From: Nitrospirota bacterium
Lineage (GTDB): Bacteria > Nitrospirota > Nitrospiria > Nitrospirales > Nitrospiraceae
NCBI GenBank assembly: GCA_963701855.1
Contig: CAVPBK010000006.1
Coordinates: forward strand, 1,184,001 to 1,248,000
Reading direction: 5' to 3'
Length of the DNA: 64,000 nt
Position 1 is the first letter of the stretch; every line of letters starts with the position of its first letter. The position numbers and the translations under genes were made by a program. The notes beneath the pieces are model-generated. The model worked only from the letters and a program-made list of their open reading frames with translations, searched no databases and was not told where the DNA came from. Positions 21,629 through 31,655 of the stretch are shown piece after piece.

Positions 21629-22147
21629 ATGAGCCGCATCCTTAGTTGCCCGCGGTGCCAGAAGAATGGCCTTTTGCGGTCTCACCCGCAATCGCCACGC
21701 GAGCACCTCGCCTCCATCCTTTTCGTGGCACCATTCCGCTGTCCATCTTGCAGTCACCGCTTTCTGGCGTCCCGTCTTTGGCTGGACCATTCCACGCATC
21801 CAATTGATCGACGCGAACACCTCAGGATTCCAGTGCGACTCTATCTCTCGTTCTCCGGGGGCAAGGTTCGTGGCGAGGGAACAGTGCTTGATCTTTCGAT
21901 GGGTGGCTGTATCATCAAGAGTGAAACACAGGTTCATACGAACGACATCTTCTATCTACAACTGTCCCTTGACGACACCGACCCTCCTCTTGAAGTAGCC
22001 GGGATGGTCCATTCTGTAAGCGCTCGTGGCATCGCCTTCAAGTTCCTTAGAGCTGCGCAAGAGAATAAGCGCCTGCTCACTTTTGTCCAAGCCCAGACGC
22101 AGGATCCGTCGGTCAAATCCTCGGACAAAGTTGTCGTTGCCGCCTGA
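21629..22147 (+). CDS. PilZ domain protein with N-terminal Zn ribbon
   Basis: CPRC...CPSC; RREHLR (RxxxR) and DLSMGG (DxSxxG) c-di-GMP-binding motifs. Confidence 0.88.
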   Translation: MSRILSCPRCQKNGLLRSHPQSPREHLASILFVAPFRCPSCSHRFLASRLWLDHSTHPIDRREHLRIPVRLYLSFSGGKVRGEGTVLDLSMGGCIIKSETQVHTNDIFYLQLSLDDTDPPLEVAGMVHSVSARGIAFKFLRAAQENKRLLTFVQAQTQDPSVKSSDKVVVAA

Positions 22148-22348
22148 ACAGGCCGGCGGATCCCTTGTCCACCATACCATCACCAACCGAACAGGATTCG
22201 ACGCGAATAGCGGGCTTGCTCAAATCGGCCGTTCAGCGATCCGTGAGACGTTTTGGAGAAAGAGCACTCGGACGTCACACGATTATATCGTTCACGGTTC
22301 TTGCGGTAGCCGCAACGAACGTAGTCGGGGGACTTTTTCGGCATCCTG

Positions 22349-22654
22349 CTATGTTGGAGTTTCCCAAGCAGAATGAAGCGGATGGCTGTTGATCAGTTCC
22401 TCGTGTGCGGCAAGGTCATAGGGTTCAATGGTGAGGTCGTGCTCATTGAGCGGCTCCGGGCAGGCAGGAGAACAGAGGTAGGTGCGATAGGATTCAGCTT
22501 TCTCCTTCGTGGCAAATCGGCACAGCCCATATTCCGGCATCCCGGATGAGGGATACCAAAATGCCAACTCAATCGCACTTCCTTGGTAGGTGCCGAGGGT
22601 GCGATGGTTTATCTGAAACCCGCCTGGTAGATGTGAAGAGGGCTCAAGCGACAT
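22349..22654 (-). CDS. Hypothetical protein
   Basis: 101-aa ORF from ATG with protein-like composition, filling the gap between the PilZ gene and lemA. Confidence 0.5.
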   Translation of the reverse strand: MSLEPSSHLPGGFQINHRTLGTYQGSAIELAFWYPSSGMPEYGLCRFATKEKAESYRTYLCSPACPEPLNEHDLTIEPYDLAAHEELINSHPLHSAWETPT

Positions 22655-22743
22655 CGGGCGGCCTTGCCTCCGTATCATAATGGTTTTTCTCATGATAGCA
22701 TGAGCGGTACCCAGCATTATAGATCAGCGCAAGGGGAAGGAGG

Positions 22744-23352
22744 ATGGCCATGGGCAGCCGCAGTTCTGTATTCACCGCCATTGCGATCACGGTGTTGTTT
22801 GTCGGACTCCCTGGGTGCGGCTACAACGATCTCCAGGGATTAGACGAAGACACCAAGGCCGCCTGGAGCGAAGTGGTCAATCAGTACCAGCGGAGGGCCG
22901 ATCTGATCCCGAACCTGGTTGCTACAGTGAAAGGCTATGCTGCGCATGAGAAGGAGACGCTCGAAGGGGTAGTGCAGGCGCGGGCACAAGCCACGGGGAT
23001 TCAAGTGACGCCTGAAACGTTAAGAGATCCAGCCGTTTTCGAACAATTCCAAAAGGCGCAGGCCGGCCTCACCTCGGCATTGGGCCGCCTCATCGCCATT
23101 GCAGAGAATTATCCCAATCTGAAAGCCGATCAGAACTTTCGTGATCTCCAGAGCCAACTCGAAGGGACGGAGAATCGCATTGCCGTCGCGCGCAAGCGCT
23201 ACATTGAGAAAGTGGCGGAATATAACAAAGGCGTCCGCTATTTCCCTACGAACCTGACGGCCAAGTATATGCTTCACATGGAGGAGAAACCGAATTTCAC
23301 CGTGGCAGATGAGAAAGCTGTGGCGAAGCCGCCCGAAGTCAAATTCAACTGA
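22744..23352 (+). CDS. lemA: LemA family lipoprotein
   Basis: Lipobox LPGC; QYQRRADLIPNLV; ENYPNLKA; LEGTENRI. GGAGG ribosome-binding site upstream. Confidence 0.95.
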   Translation: MAMGSRSSVFTAIAITVLFVGLPGCGYNDLQGLDEDTKAAWSEVVNQYQRRADLIPNLVATVKGYAAHEKETLEGVVQARAQATGIQVTPETLRDPAVFEQFQKAQAGLTSALGRLIAIAENYPNLKADQNFRDLQSQLEGTENRIAVARKRYIEKVAEYNKGVRYFPTNLTAKYMLHMEEKPNFTVADEKAVAKPPEVKFN

Positions 23353-23356
23353 GTTC

Positions 23357-24268
23357 ATGCAGTCGATGGAAACCCTTAATATGAGCCGTGTCTGGCGAGA
23401 GCCGGCGCGGCTCATGGTTTTTATCGGGGTGATGCTCATGGCGGCCCCGGCCTGGGCACTCGACGTGCCGCCACTCACAGGACATGTCGTGGACCTCGCG
23501 CAGGTGCTGCCAGCCAATGTTGCCGCCTCACTCACACGCGATCTCGAAGCCCACGAAGCAAAGACCAGCAATCAAGTTGCCGTCCTGACACTTCCCTCAC
23601 TCGAAGGCGAACCACTCGAAACCTTCTCCCATCGCGTTGCGACCACCTGGAAGCTCGGCCAGAAGGGAACGGAGAACGGCGTATTGCTGCTTCTCGCCCT
23701 GCGTGAGCGAAAGGTTCGTATCGAAGTGGGCTATGGTCTGGAAGGGGCCTTGACAGATCTCCGTTCCGCCCACATCATTCGGCAGGAAATCGTGCCACGG
23801 TTTCGAAGCGGAGATCTGCCGGGCGGCATAGCCGCAGGGGTCAAGGCCATTCTCGATACCATTGAAGGCACCTACAAGGCTGAAGAGGTGCTGCCGGGTC
23901 GCGACCGTTCCGGCCAAGAGCCGACTGCGTTTGAGTATATGATCATCGGGATCGTCGTCGGAACCCTGGCCGGTATCGTGTTAAGCCACGGACTTCAACG
24001 CACCCGTGCATTGATCGGGAGCCTGCTCGCATTCCTCGTCGCGCAATTTGCGAGTGTGGGATTAGGGCTTGCCGCAGCCGGGATAACGGCTTTCTTACTT
24101 TGGTTGATGCTGCAAGCGAATCGCGGCGGAGGCCGGCGTGGAGGGTGGGGAGATGGTGTTGTGATGGGCCCGGGCGGGGGATTCGGTGGTTCATTTGGTA
24201 GTGGCGGGGGCGGATTCAGCGGCGGGGGCGGTTCATTCGGCGGCGGCGGGGCCTCAGGAGGTTGGTAG
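23357..24268 (+). CDS. TPM domain protein (YgcG-like)
   Basis: VVDLA, WKLGQKG.ENGVLL and RIEVGYGLEG motifs; Gly-rich tail ending GGASGGW. Start approximate. Confidence 0.92.
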   Translation: MQSMETLNMSRVWREPARLMVFIGVMLMAAPAWALDVPPLTGHVVDLAQVLPANVAASLTRDLEAHEAKTSNQVAVLTLPSLEGEPLETFSHRVATTWKLGQKGTENGVLLLLALRERKVRIEVGYGLEGALTDLRSAHIIRQEIVPRFRSGDLPGGIAAGVKAILDTIEGTYKAEEVLPGRDRSGQEPTAFEYMIIGIVVGTLAGIVLSHGLQRTRALIGSLLAFLVAQFASVGLGLAAAGITAFLLWLMLQANRGGGRRGGWGDGVVMGPGGGFGGSFGSGGGGFSGGGGSFGGGGASGGW

Positions 24269-24916
24269 ATGAAGCCTTTCACCGACGGAGAACGAGAACG
24301 GATTAAGCAAGCGGTTCAACAAGCCGAACGGGTCACGAAGGGCGAGATTGTGCCGATGATTGTCCCGTCCTCGGCGCTGTATCGCGAAGCCGGCTATCGA
24401 ACGGGACTCATCCTCGCGCTGCTCACTCTGGCCCTCCTGCTGACGATCGAAATCTACTGGCTGCCCTGGGGGTGGCACGCAGGCAACGCGGGCTGGCTGT
24501 TGTTGGCGGTTGTTGCGTCGTATGGACTCGGGCAATGGATTGGCAAGGCTCCGCTTATCGTCCGCCTCGTCACGTCGCGCGAGCGCATGGCGCATAAAGT
24601 GACCCTCCGCGCCGAGCAGGCATTCTACAAGCACGGGTTGCACAACACACAAAGCCGTACAGGAATCCTGATCCTTGTCTCGATGCTGGAGCGGCGCGTG
24701 CACGTATTGGCGGACAAAGGCATTAACGACCACGTCCCAGTCGGCACCTGGGATAAACTGGTCAACGGCATCCTCGACGGCATTCGAACGGGGCAAGCGA
24801 CCGACGCCATCTGTGCGGCGATTGCAAAGTGCGGGATCCTCCTCGCAGAAGTCAGTCCTGTAGATTCTGGAGAAAACCTCAATGAGCTGCCGGACACGTT
24901 GATTCAAGAACCATAA
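24269..24916 (+). CDS. TPM domain membrane protein
   Basis: AERVTKGEIV, TGILILVS..ERRVHVLADKGI and NELPD; typical third gene of lemA operons. Confidence 0.88.
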   Translation: MKPFTDGERERIKQAVQQAERVTKGEIVPMIVPSSALYREAGYRTGLILALLTLALLLTIEIYWLPWGWHAGNAGWLLLAVVASYGLGQWIGKAPLIVRLVTSRERMAHKVTLRAEQAFYKHGLHNTQSRTGILILVSMLERRVHVLADKGINDHVPVGTWDKLVNGILDGIRTGQATDAICAAIAKCGILLAEVSPVDSGENLNELPDTLIQEP

Positions 24917-24928
24917 TCCTGGGCTTGA

Positions 24929-24957
24929 TAGACTGCCCGGCATCGTTCCGCTAGAAT
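24929..24957 (+). promoter_or_regulatory. Putative sigma70 promoter for murJ
   Basis: TAGACT-N17-TAGAAT, ending 10 bp before the ATG. Confidence 0.45.
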
Positions 24958-24967
24958 CCCTATATTC

Positions 24968-26581
24968 ATGTCCGATCCTACGAGGGTATCCCAAGCTCCA
25001 GCGAATACGCAGGACGAGACTCGCTCGGTGGTCAAAGCGGCCGGTGTGATCGGCGTGGCCACCTTCTCCAGTCGAATCCTCGGGTTCATCCGCGACATGG
25101 TGTTGGCGAGAATTTTTGGCGCGACACCCGCGGCAGATGCTTTCTTCGTGGCCTATCGTGTCCCCAACTTGCTTCGAGAGCTATTTGCGGAAGGGTCAAT
25201 GTCTTCCGCCTTCATTCCTGTTTTCACGGAATATCAGACGCTCAAGTCGAAACAAGACGCCTGGGAACTGGCAAGCGCCGTCTTTACCACGCTGCTTACA
25301 ATTGTGACTGGTATCACGATCCTGGGCATGATCCTCGCGTCCGGAATCGTCTGGCTCTTGGCGCCGGGATTTCATGACGATCCAGCGAAGCTGGGCATGA
25401 CGACATTGCTCACGCAGATCATGTTCCCCTATCTGATCTTTATCAGCCTGGCCGCGCTGGCGATGGGCATCCTGAATTCCATGCGCGCCTTTGCAGCGCC
25501 GGCGTTCTCGCCGGTGTTCTTCAATATTTTTATCATCGGCTGCGCGATTTTTTTATCGCCGACGATGCCGGAGCCTATCCTCGGCGTGGCCATCGGAGTC
25601 GTGGTGGGAGGTGCGGCGCAGTTTGCCATGCAGTTGCCCGGCTTGCATCTGCGTGGGATGCTGTTCGGATTTCGGTTCAAACCAAGCCATCCCGGCTTAC
25701 GGCGGATCGGCGCGCTGATGGTGCCGTCGCTTCTCGGTCTCTCCGTGACCCAGATCAACATTACCGTGAGCACGATCCTGGCCTCCTTCTTTGCGGGTGG
25801 GCCGACCTATCTCTTCTTCGGTATGCGGTTGATTCAGTTTCCACTCGGGATTTTTGGTGTGGCATTGGCCACGGCCATTTTGCCGACACTCTCGGCGCAG
25901 GCCGCGCGCGGGGCGCTGGATGAATTGCGGACGACGTTGGGATTCGGTCTTCGCATGATCTTCTTTATCATCCTGCCGGCGATGCTGGGACTCATCCTTT
26001 TACGTCAGCCGATCGTCCATCTGTTCTTCGAGCACGGGACTTTTACGGCACACGATACAGCCGAGACCGCATTGGCGGTGCTCTGTTATTCTGTCGGCCT
26101 CTGGGCCTTCGGAGGCGTCCGCATCATTGTCTCAGCCTTCTACTCGCTGCAGGACACGCGCACGCCGGCTATTTCCGCGGCCATCGCTATTACAGCCAAC
26201 CTCGCCTTCTCGGTTCTGCTGATGTCGTCTCTTGGCGCGGCTGGCCTGGCCTTGGCCACAGCTTTGGCGGCGATGGTCAATGGAGGCATTTTGGTCGCGG
26301 TGCTGCACCGCCGGTTAGGCGGCGTGGAGTGGGGCTCTGTGGGACGATCATTGCTGCGTGTGCTGATCGCGTCTGTGCCGTTGGTGGTGATTTGCGCCTG
26401 GGTGGCAACAGCGCAGCTCTGGACTCATCCTGGTGAATGGATTGAAAAATCGGCCATGCTCGCCATGGCCATCGGATTGAGCGTGAGCGGTTATCTAGGT
26501 GTCCATACCTTGCTGCGATCAGAAGAACTTGGTCTGGTCTGGGGAATGGTCAGACGGAAACTCAAGCGAGGAACAGTCTGA
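24968..26581 (+). CDS. murJ: Lipid II flippase MurJ (MviN)
   Basis: SRILGFIRD; ADAFFVAYRVPNLLRELFAEG; RLIQFPLGIFG; many TM segments. Confidence 0.96.
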   Translation: MSDPTRVSQAPANTQDETRSVVKAAGVIGVATFSSRILGFIRDMVLARIFGATPAADAFFVAYRVPNLLRELFAEGSMSSAFIPVFTEYQTLKSKQDAWELASAVFTTLLTIVTGITILGMILASGIVWLLAPGFHDDPAKLGMTTLLTQIMFPYLIFISLAALAMGILNSMRAFAAPAFSPVFFNIFIIGCAIFLSPTMPEPILGVAIGVVVGGAAQFAMQLPGLHLRGMLFGFRFKPSHPGLRRIGALMVPSLLGLSVTQINITVSTILASFFAGGPTYLFFGMRLIQFPLGIFGVALATAILPTLSAQAARGALDELRTTLGFGLRMIFFIILPAMLGLILLRQPIVHLFFEHGTFTAHDTAETALAVLCYSVGLWAFGGVRIIVSAFYSLQDTRTPAISAAIAITANLAFSVLLMSSLGAAGLALATALAAMVNGGILVAVLHRRLGGVEWGSVGRSLLRVLIASVPLVVICAWVATAQLWTHPGEWIEKSAMLAMAIGLSVSGYLGVHTLLRSEELGLVWGMVRRKLKRGTV

Positions 26582-26584
26582 GCC

Positions 26585-27163
26585 ATGGGCAAGAGACAAC
26601 CTTCGCTCAAACGTCTGACGCCTGATACCGCACACATCACAACCTGCGTTTTTCATACGCCATGGGGTTGGATGGGCATGTCCGAAACGACGAAAGGGAT
26701 CAACGCGGTGGTGTTGCCGAAGGCGTCGCGCCAGGCCGTGCTGTCCGAGTTGCAAGCGGCTTCAGCCGCGCTGCTTGGCACCCAGGTCTCTCCACGATTG
26801 CGGAAGGCGCAGGCACAATTGATTGGCTATTTGGCCGGAACGCGCAGGTCCTTCGATCTGCCGCTGGACCTCTCACGCGGAACAAGGTTTCAGCAGAGGG
26901 TCTGGCGGATTCTTCACCGCATCTCTTACGGCCGGCTTCGGTCCTATCAATGGGTGGCTGCCAGTGTTGGAGGCAGACAGTATGCCCGCGCTGTCGGCAA
27001 TGCCGTGGGGGCGAATCCAATGCCGATCGTGATTCCTTGCCATCGCATTGTGGCACAGGATGGGTCGCTCGGAGGATTTTCAGGAGGTTTGCCCACGAAA
27101 CGAAAGCTGCTCGCTCTCGAAGGAACCCTGGCTGCGCTTCGACCGGGACGATCGTCAGGATGA
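26585..27163 (+). CDS. ogt: Methylated-DNA-protein-cysteine methyltransferase
   Basis: [20 protein letters not shown] active-site motif. Confidence 0.94.
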   Translation: MGKRQPSLKRLTPDTAHITTCVFHTPWGWMGMSETTKGINAVVLPKASRQAVLSELQAASAALLGTQVSPRLRKAQAQLIGYLAGTRRSFDLPLDLSRGTRFQQRVWRILHRISYGRLRSYQWVAASVGGRQYARAVGNAVGANPMPIVIPCHRIVAQDGSLGGFSGGLPTKRKLLALEGTLAALRPGRSSG

Positions 27164-27609
27164 AGGCCGTGATTCAGCGGGTGACGAAAGCGTCGGTTCA
27201 GATTGAGGGCCAGACCGTAGGACAGATCGAATCCGGCCTCCTGGTATTGTTGGGCATAGCAAAGGGCGATGGGGAGACCGACGGACGGTATCTCGTTGAG
27301 AAGCTTCGTATGCTCCGGATCTTTTCTGATCAGCAGGGGAAGATGAATCGTTCGTTGGCGGACATCGGGGGATCGGTCCTTCTGGTTTCTCAGTTTACCT
27401 TACTGGGCAGGACGGCGAATGGCCGTCGTCCGAGTTTTGATGAGGCAGCGTCCCCGGATGAAGCCAAGCGATTATATGACCAAGTCGTAGCAGGGTTACG
27501 AGATCAGGGTACTCATGTGGAAACCGGGGTTTTCGCCGCGCACATGCAGGTCGAATTGCTGAACGACGGGCCGGTGACTTTTGTGCTGGACAGCCGTGAA
27601 AGGAGCTAG
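27160..27609 (+). CDS. dtd: D-aminoacyl-tRNA deacylase
   Basis: [23 protein letters not shown] overlap with ogt. Confidence 0.96.
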   Translation: MKAVIQRVTKASVQIEGQTVGQIESGLLVLLGIAKGDGETDGRYLVEKLRMLRIFSDQQGKMNRSLADIGGSVLLVSQFTLLGRTANGRRPSFDEAASPDEAKRLYDQVVAGLRDQGTHVETGVFAAHMQVELLNDGPVTFVLDSRERS

Positions 27610-27766
27610 CAGACTGTTGAAAAAGCCTGCGGGCTCTGCTGATTCCGATCTATACTCAAGTCTGTTTCATGAAGACCGATAGAAGGATCATAGTGGCGGC
27701 ATCGGCACATCGACCATTGTCTGCTATACTGAGATAACACGTTATCGGAATGTGTGAGAGGTGGAT

Positions 27767-28333
27767 ATGAGAACGCAAGTTCCGCCACGACATCCGCTCC
27801 GTCAGCTGTTCGGCGCCCTGACCGAGAAGAGTTTCACGGAACATCTCGGGTGGCCAGACCTCAACGTCACCAGCTACGTCTCCAACCTGCTTGTCGACTT
27901 TACCCACAGCGACCAACTGTATAAAATCAGAAATCAGCAAGACCAACCAGTCGATACGGTGGTGGATCTCTTGTTTGAATCGGAAGTGTTGCTCGAAGCG
28001 CAGTCAATGGATCGTGAACGGGACGTGCATCAGCATATCGGCGATTTCACGCTCTTCATGGCGGGACTGTTTCCGGAATATCTGCGCCGCCTCAAGACAA
28101 CCGGATTGATCTACCACAAGGATTTCCTCGTGGACTATATGAAGACGGGAAAACGCTCCTATGGGATTGTCGCTCGAATGGCTGACAGCCCGTCAGGAGA
28201 AGAGCCTCCTCTGTTCAGAAAACTCTCCGACAACTTCGAGCTCTGTGTCACCGGCCTTGGATTCGTGCGGTCCGATCTGGATCGCATGAAAGATCCGGCG
28301 TACCGGCAGGCTCGGAAGCTTCTCCTCAATTGA
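27767..28333 (+). CDS. Conserved hypothetical protein
   Basis: 188-aa ORF containing IGDFTLFMAGLFPE and GKRSY; fills the gap in operon orientation. Confidence 0.75.
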   Translation: MRTQVPPRHPLRQLFGALTEKSFTEHLGWPDLNVTSYVSNLLVDFTHSDQLYKIRNQQDQPVDTVVDLLFESEVLLEAQSMDRERDVHQHIGDFTLFMAGLFPEYLRRLKTTGLIYHKDFLVDYMKTGKRSYGIVARMADSPSGEEPPLFRKLSDNFELCVTGLGFVRSDLDRMKDPAYRQARKLLLN

Positions 28334-29140
28334 CCAGTTCCCGTCCTCTCATTCTTGCCCATGGAGGCGCCGGTTCCCGGCGTATGACGCCGGCGCAGGC
28401 CACTTGTTTGGCCGAAGCGCTCGTCATGGGCTACGCCATTCTTGAGCAGGGCCGTCCCGCCGTCATCGCCGTCGAACATACGATCGGTCTCCTGGAGCAA
28501 TCGGGGCTATTCAATGCGGGACGAGGAGCGAATCGTCAGCTGGATGGGGTACAGCGGATGGATGCCGCGATCATGGAAGGGGCCCAACTCAAAGCCGGAG
28601 CTGTCGCCTCGATCGAAGGAATCGCGCATCCGATTACGGCGGCCAGATTGGTCATGGAAGAGACGGACCATGTTCTATTAGTCGGACCGTTCGCAGGCAA
28701 ATTTGCGCAGCATTTCAAACTCGACCGGCATCGTTCCACCGGCGCGCCTCGCCGCCTCTCCTACGACCGGATTCTCGCAAGACAGAAACGTTCAACAGCA
28801 GAACGGCACGGGACCGTCGGCGCCGTTGCCTTGGATCGGTCCGGGACAGTGGCGGCAGGGGCCTCGACCGGGGGCATCGATTCAATGTTGCCGGGCGGGT
28901 TGGCGACAGTCCGCTCATCGGGTGTGGAGTCTACGCGGACAATCAGAGCGGTGCGGTGTCGATGACGGGAATCGGCGAAGGCATCATCCGCCTTGTGATC
29001 GCCAAGAGTATCTGCGATCATCTGGCTATGGAGAAGAGCCCCGCGGTCGCCGCTCGACAGGTGTTGCGGATGCTCGTGTCTCGGATCCGTGGGTCGGCTG
29101 GAGCCTTAGTCCTCTCGCCGGACGGGCGATTTGCCATAAC
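28330..29140 (+). pseudogene. iaaA: Isoaspartyl peptidase/L-asparaginase (Ntn hydrolase), frameshifted and 3'-truncated
   Basis: HGGAG, FNAG.G, MDAAIM, HGTVGAVA and ASTGG. The expected PGRVGDSP is broken by a 1-bp loss at about 28897. The second frame continues GDSPLIGCG..TGIGE, then switches to WYL sequence at about 29140. Confidence 0.85.
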
Positions 29141-29741
29141 GACCTTTGCGCCGCTCCAGCGTCCAGTCCGCGACTATGCGACACAAAAAAATGTCCTGGA
29201 CTCCCTCCGCAAAGCATTGCTTCGTCAACTCACGGTCGTGCTGCGCGGCTACCAGAAGCCAGGAGCAGGGCACTCGAAGGACTATCTGGTAGACCCCTAT
29301 TCGCTGGTCCTGTATCAGTACGGCCTATATCTCGTTGGCTATTCGCATCGCGCAAGAGAGATCAGAACATTCGCAGTGGAGCGAATCAAGAGCGTCGAGG
29401 TCACCGAGGACATGTTCGAGCTTCCCCAATCCTTTTCCCTTGCGGAGCGCTTCGATCAAGGGTTCGGCCTGATCGAGGAGCCACCGCAGGAAGTGAAGAT
29501 CTGGATCTCTCGCGATTGGGCGTATTTCGTCAAAGAACGAAGCTGGCATCCAACCCAGATCCTTCATCCCCAGAAGGATGGCTCTGTGATCCTGACCATG
29601 CGGTGCGGCGGCTTAGACGAGCTCACCGCCTGGGTTCTTTCCTTCGGGCCAGGGGCTCGGGTGCTCGCCCCGCAAGCGTTGATCGACAATGTGTCCAGCC
29701 AACTGACGTTAGCAGCCAAGCCGTATCAATCCTCCCGCTAG
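29141..29741 (+). pseudogene. WYL + WCX domain fragment of a transcriptional regulator, lacking the HTH and fused in frame to the asparaginase C-half
   Basis: VDPYSLV...LYLVGY; RTFAVERI; WHPTQ; WVLSFG..ARVLAP. Confidence 0.85.
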
Positions 29742-29820
29742 CAATTTTCAACGACCAGCGACCTATTCTGTCGCACCCTCGTGCTAGGTTCCCTTCACGC
29801 ACACATGAGGGAGGGAAACC

Positions 29821-31097
29821 ATGAGCGAATCCATGTTTCTTTGGAGAAGCACCAGTAGATTTCTTGCCGAGCATCCTCGCGAGGAAGGCTGGACGGTCTA
29901 TGAATTTGCCAGCGACACAGCGCGCAAGATGTATCTAAATTATTTATTGGATTGTCTTCGGGACTGGCACCCCGATGCGTTGAAACGCAGAGCGGCTCTC
30001 TCGTTCGTTGAAGAAGATGCATTGAGAAAGTCATTCAAGAAAGACAAGGTTTCCGATGAGGGCGTCGCGAAAAATTCTCCCGACGAGGTTGATTCCTTCG
30101 GCTGGAGAGGGAGCGTCGAGCTTGCGTGGACCGGACAGGACATTCACTGTTGGATGTTCTCGCTCGTCGTGAAGAACGGTTGTGCTGACGTGTACCTCGT
30201 TGCGACGAAGTCCCTCGCAGCCTTCCACGACTTCCTCCTCGTTCTCACCCGTTACGGCCAAACCAGGCATAAGGGGGAGGTGAAGGAAATTCTTGTCGTC
30301 AACGGCGAGAACATTCCGATTGCCATGAGCTCTTGGGACGATATCGCGCCGCCGTCTGACATGGCGAGGGATATCCGAATCAACGTGCAGGCTTTTTTTC
30401 AGAGCCAGGAGCGGTATCGACAATTGGGTATCCCTCACCGCCGAGGATTCGTATTTGCCGGGCCGCCTGGCTGCGGGAAAACGCTGATGCTCAAGACGCT
30501 GGCATACAACACGCCGGCAAAATTTATTAGCGTACTGGGGAAGGCAGATGTGGACGATGACATTATCGGCTACGCCTTGCACCTGGCCGAAAAATGTACG
30601 CCGGCGGTCGTCCTGCTGGAGGATCTTGACCGGATTGTGAAGGCCGAAGGTATTTCGCTGTCCCATTTGCTGAATCTGCTGGATGGGCTGAGAGTGTTGA
30701 ACGGGGTCTTGCTCATTGCGACGTGCAATGAGCCGGACAAGTTGAACCCGCGCTGATTCACCGGCCAAGCCGCTTCGACCGAGTGTGGAGATTTGAGCTG
30801 CCGAAATACGAGCAGCGACTCGCACTTCTGCACAAGCGGGGAGGAGTTTTCTTCTCCGAGGCGGCGCTGCAAGAGGCGGCGCGACGGTCCGAAGGGTTTT
30901 CGATGGCCTACGTCCAAGAGATTGTGGTGAGCGCACTTCTCGAATGCGCGCACGACGAGACCGTTCCTGGCGACGACTGTCTGTTCAAAAGCCTGGACAC
31001 GCTCCGCGTCCAGCGAAAATCGGCCTCGAAACCGGGCGAATCAATGGATGAACGAGAGAGCGTCGGATTTTGCCAGTCGAATAATGGGAAACCGTAG
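29821..31097 (+). pseudogene. AAA+ ATPase split by a frameshift
   Basis: Walker A GPPGCGKT and Walker B VVLLEDLD. The second-region-of-homology motif (PALIHRPSRFDR) is split by a 1-bp loss at about 30748. Confidence 0.85.
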
Positions 31098-31223
31098 AAC
31101 CGAAGACTACGAACTGGAGAAAGAGCTGTCGCTTCGATGACCACACATCAGGCATGTGACCCCCCATATGGCTGCGGGGTGGTGGAACGGGACAGGCCTG
31201 CCAACCATTCGAGGACAATTTCC

Positions 31224-31655
31224 ATGAAGGATGCGCTCTTTCACTTGGCCTTTCCGATACACGATGTGGCGGCGGCGAAACGTTTCTATGTCGATGGACT
31301 TGGTTGTACGTTGGGTCGGGAGTCGAGCCACGCCGTCATGTTCGGACTCAAGGGGCATCAACTCGTGGCGCATTTGACGCCAGAACTGCCACCTTCTCAG
31401 CAGGGGATCTATCCGCGTCATTTCGGGTTGGTCCTGCCTTCTCAAGAGGCATGGCAAGCCTTGGCCGATCAGGCCAAAGCCAAGGAGCTGACGTTTTATC
31501 AGCAGCCGCGCGTGCGGTTCCCCGGAACCCGCATCGAACATCGCACATTTTTTCTCGAAGACCCCTCTCACAATCTGCTCGAATTCAAACACTACACGCA
31601 TGAATCGGCCATTTTCGGCGAGCGAGACTATTGTGAGGTCGGCGACTCGTTGTAA
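31224..31655 (+). CDS. VOC/glyoxalase family protein
   Basis: FHLAFP, RFYVDGLGC, PRHFG and DPSHNLLEFK; GAGG ribosome-binding site. Confidence 0.9.
   Translation: MKDALFHLAFPIHDVAAAKRFYVDGLGCTLGRESSHAVMFGLKGHQLVAHLTPELPPSQQGIYPRHFGLVLPSQEAWQALADQAKAKELTFYQQPRVRFPGTRIEHRTFFLEDPSHNLLEFKHYTHESAIFGERDYCEVGDSL

Noticed and set aside
26662..27159. N-terminal extension making Dtd 315 aa
   Set aside because: Overlaps ogt in another frame; Dtd homology starts at ATG 27160.
28703..29824. 373-aa plus-strand alternative ORF
   Set aside because: Out-of-frame overlap of the asparaginase/WYL sequence; no recognisable motifs.
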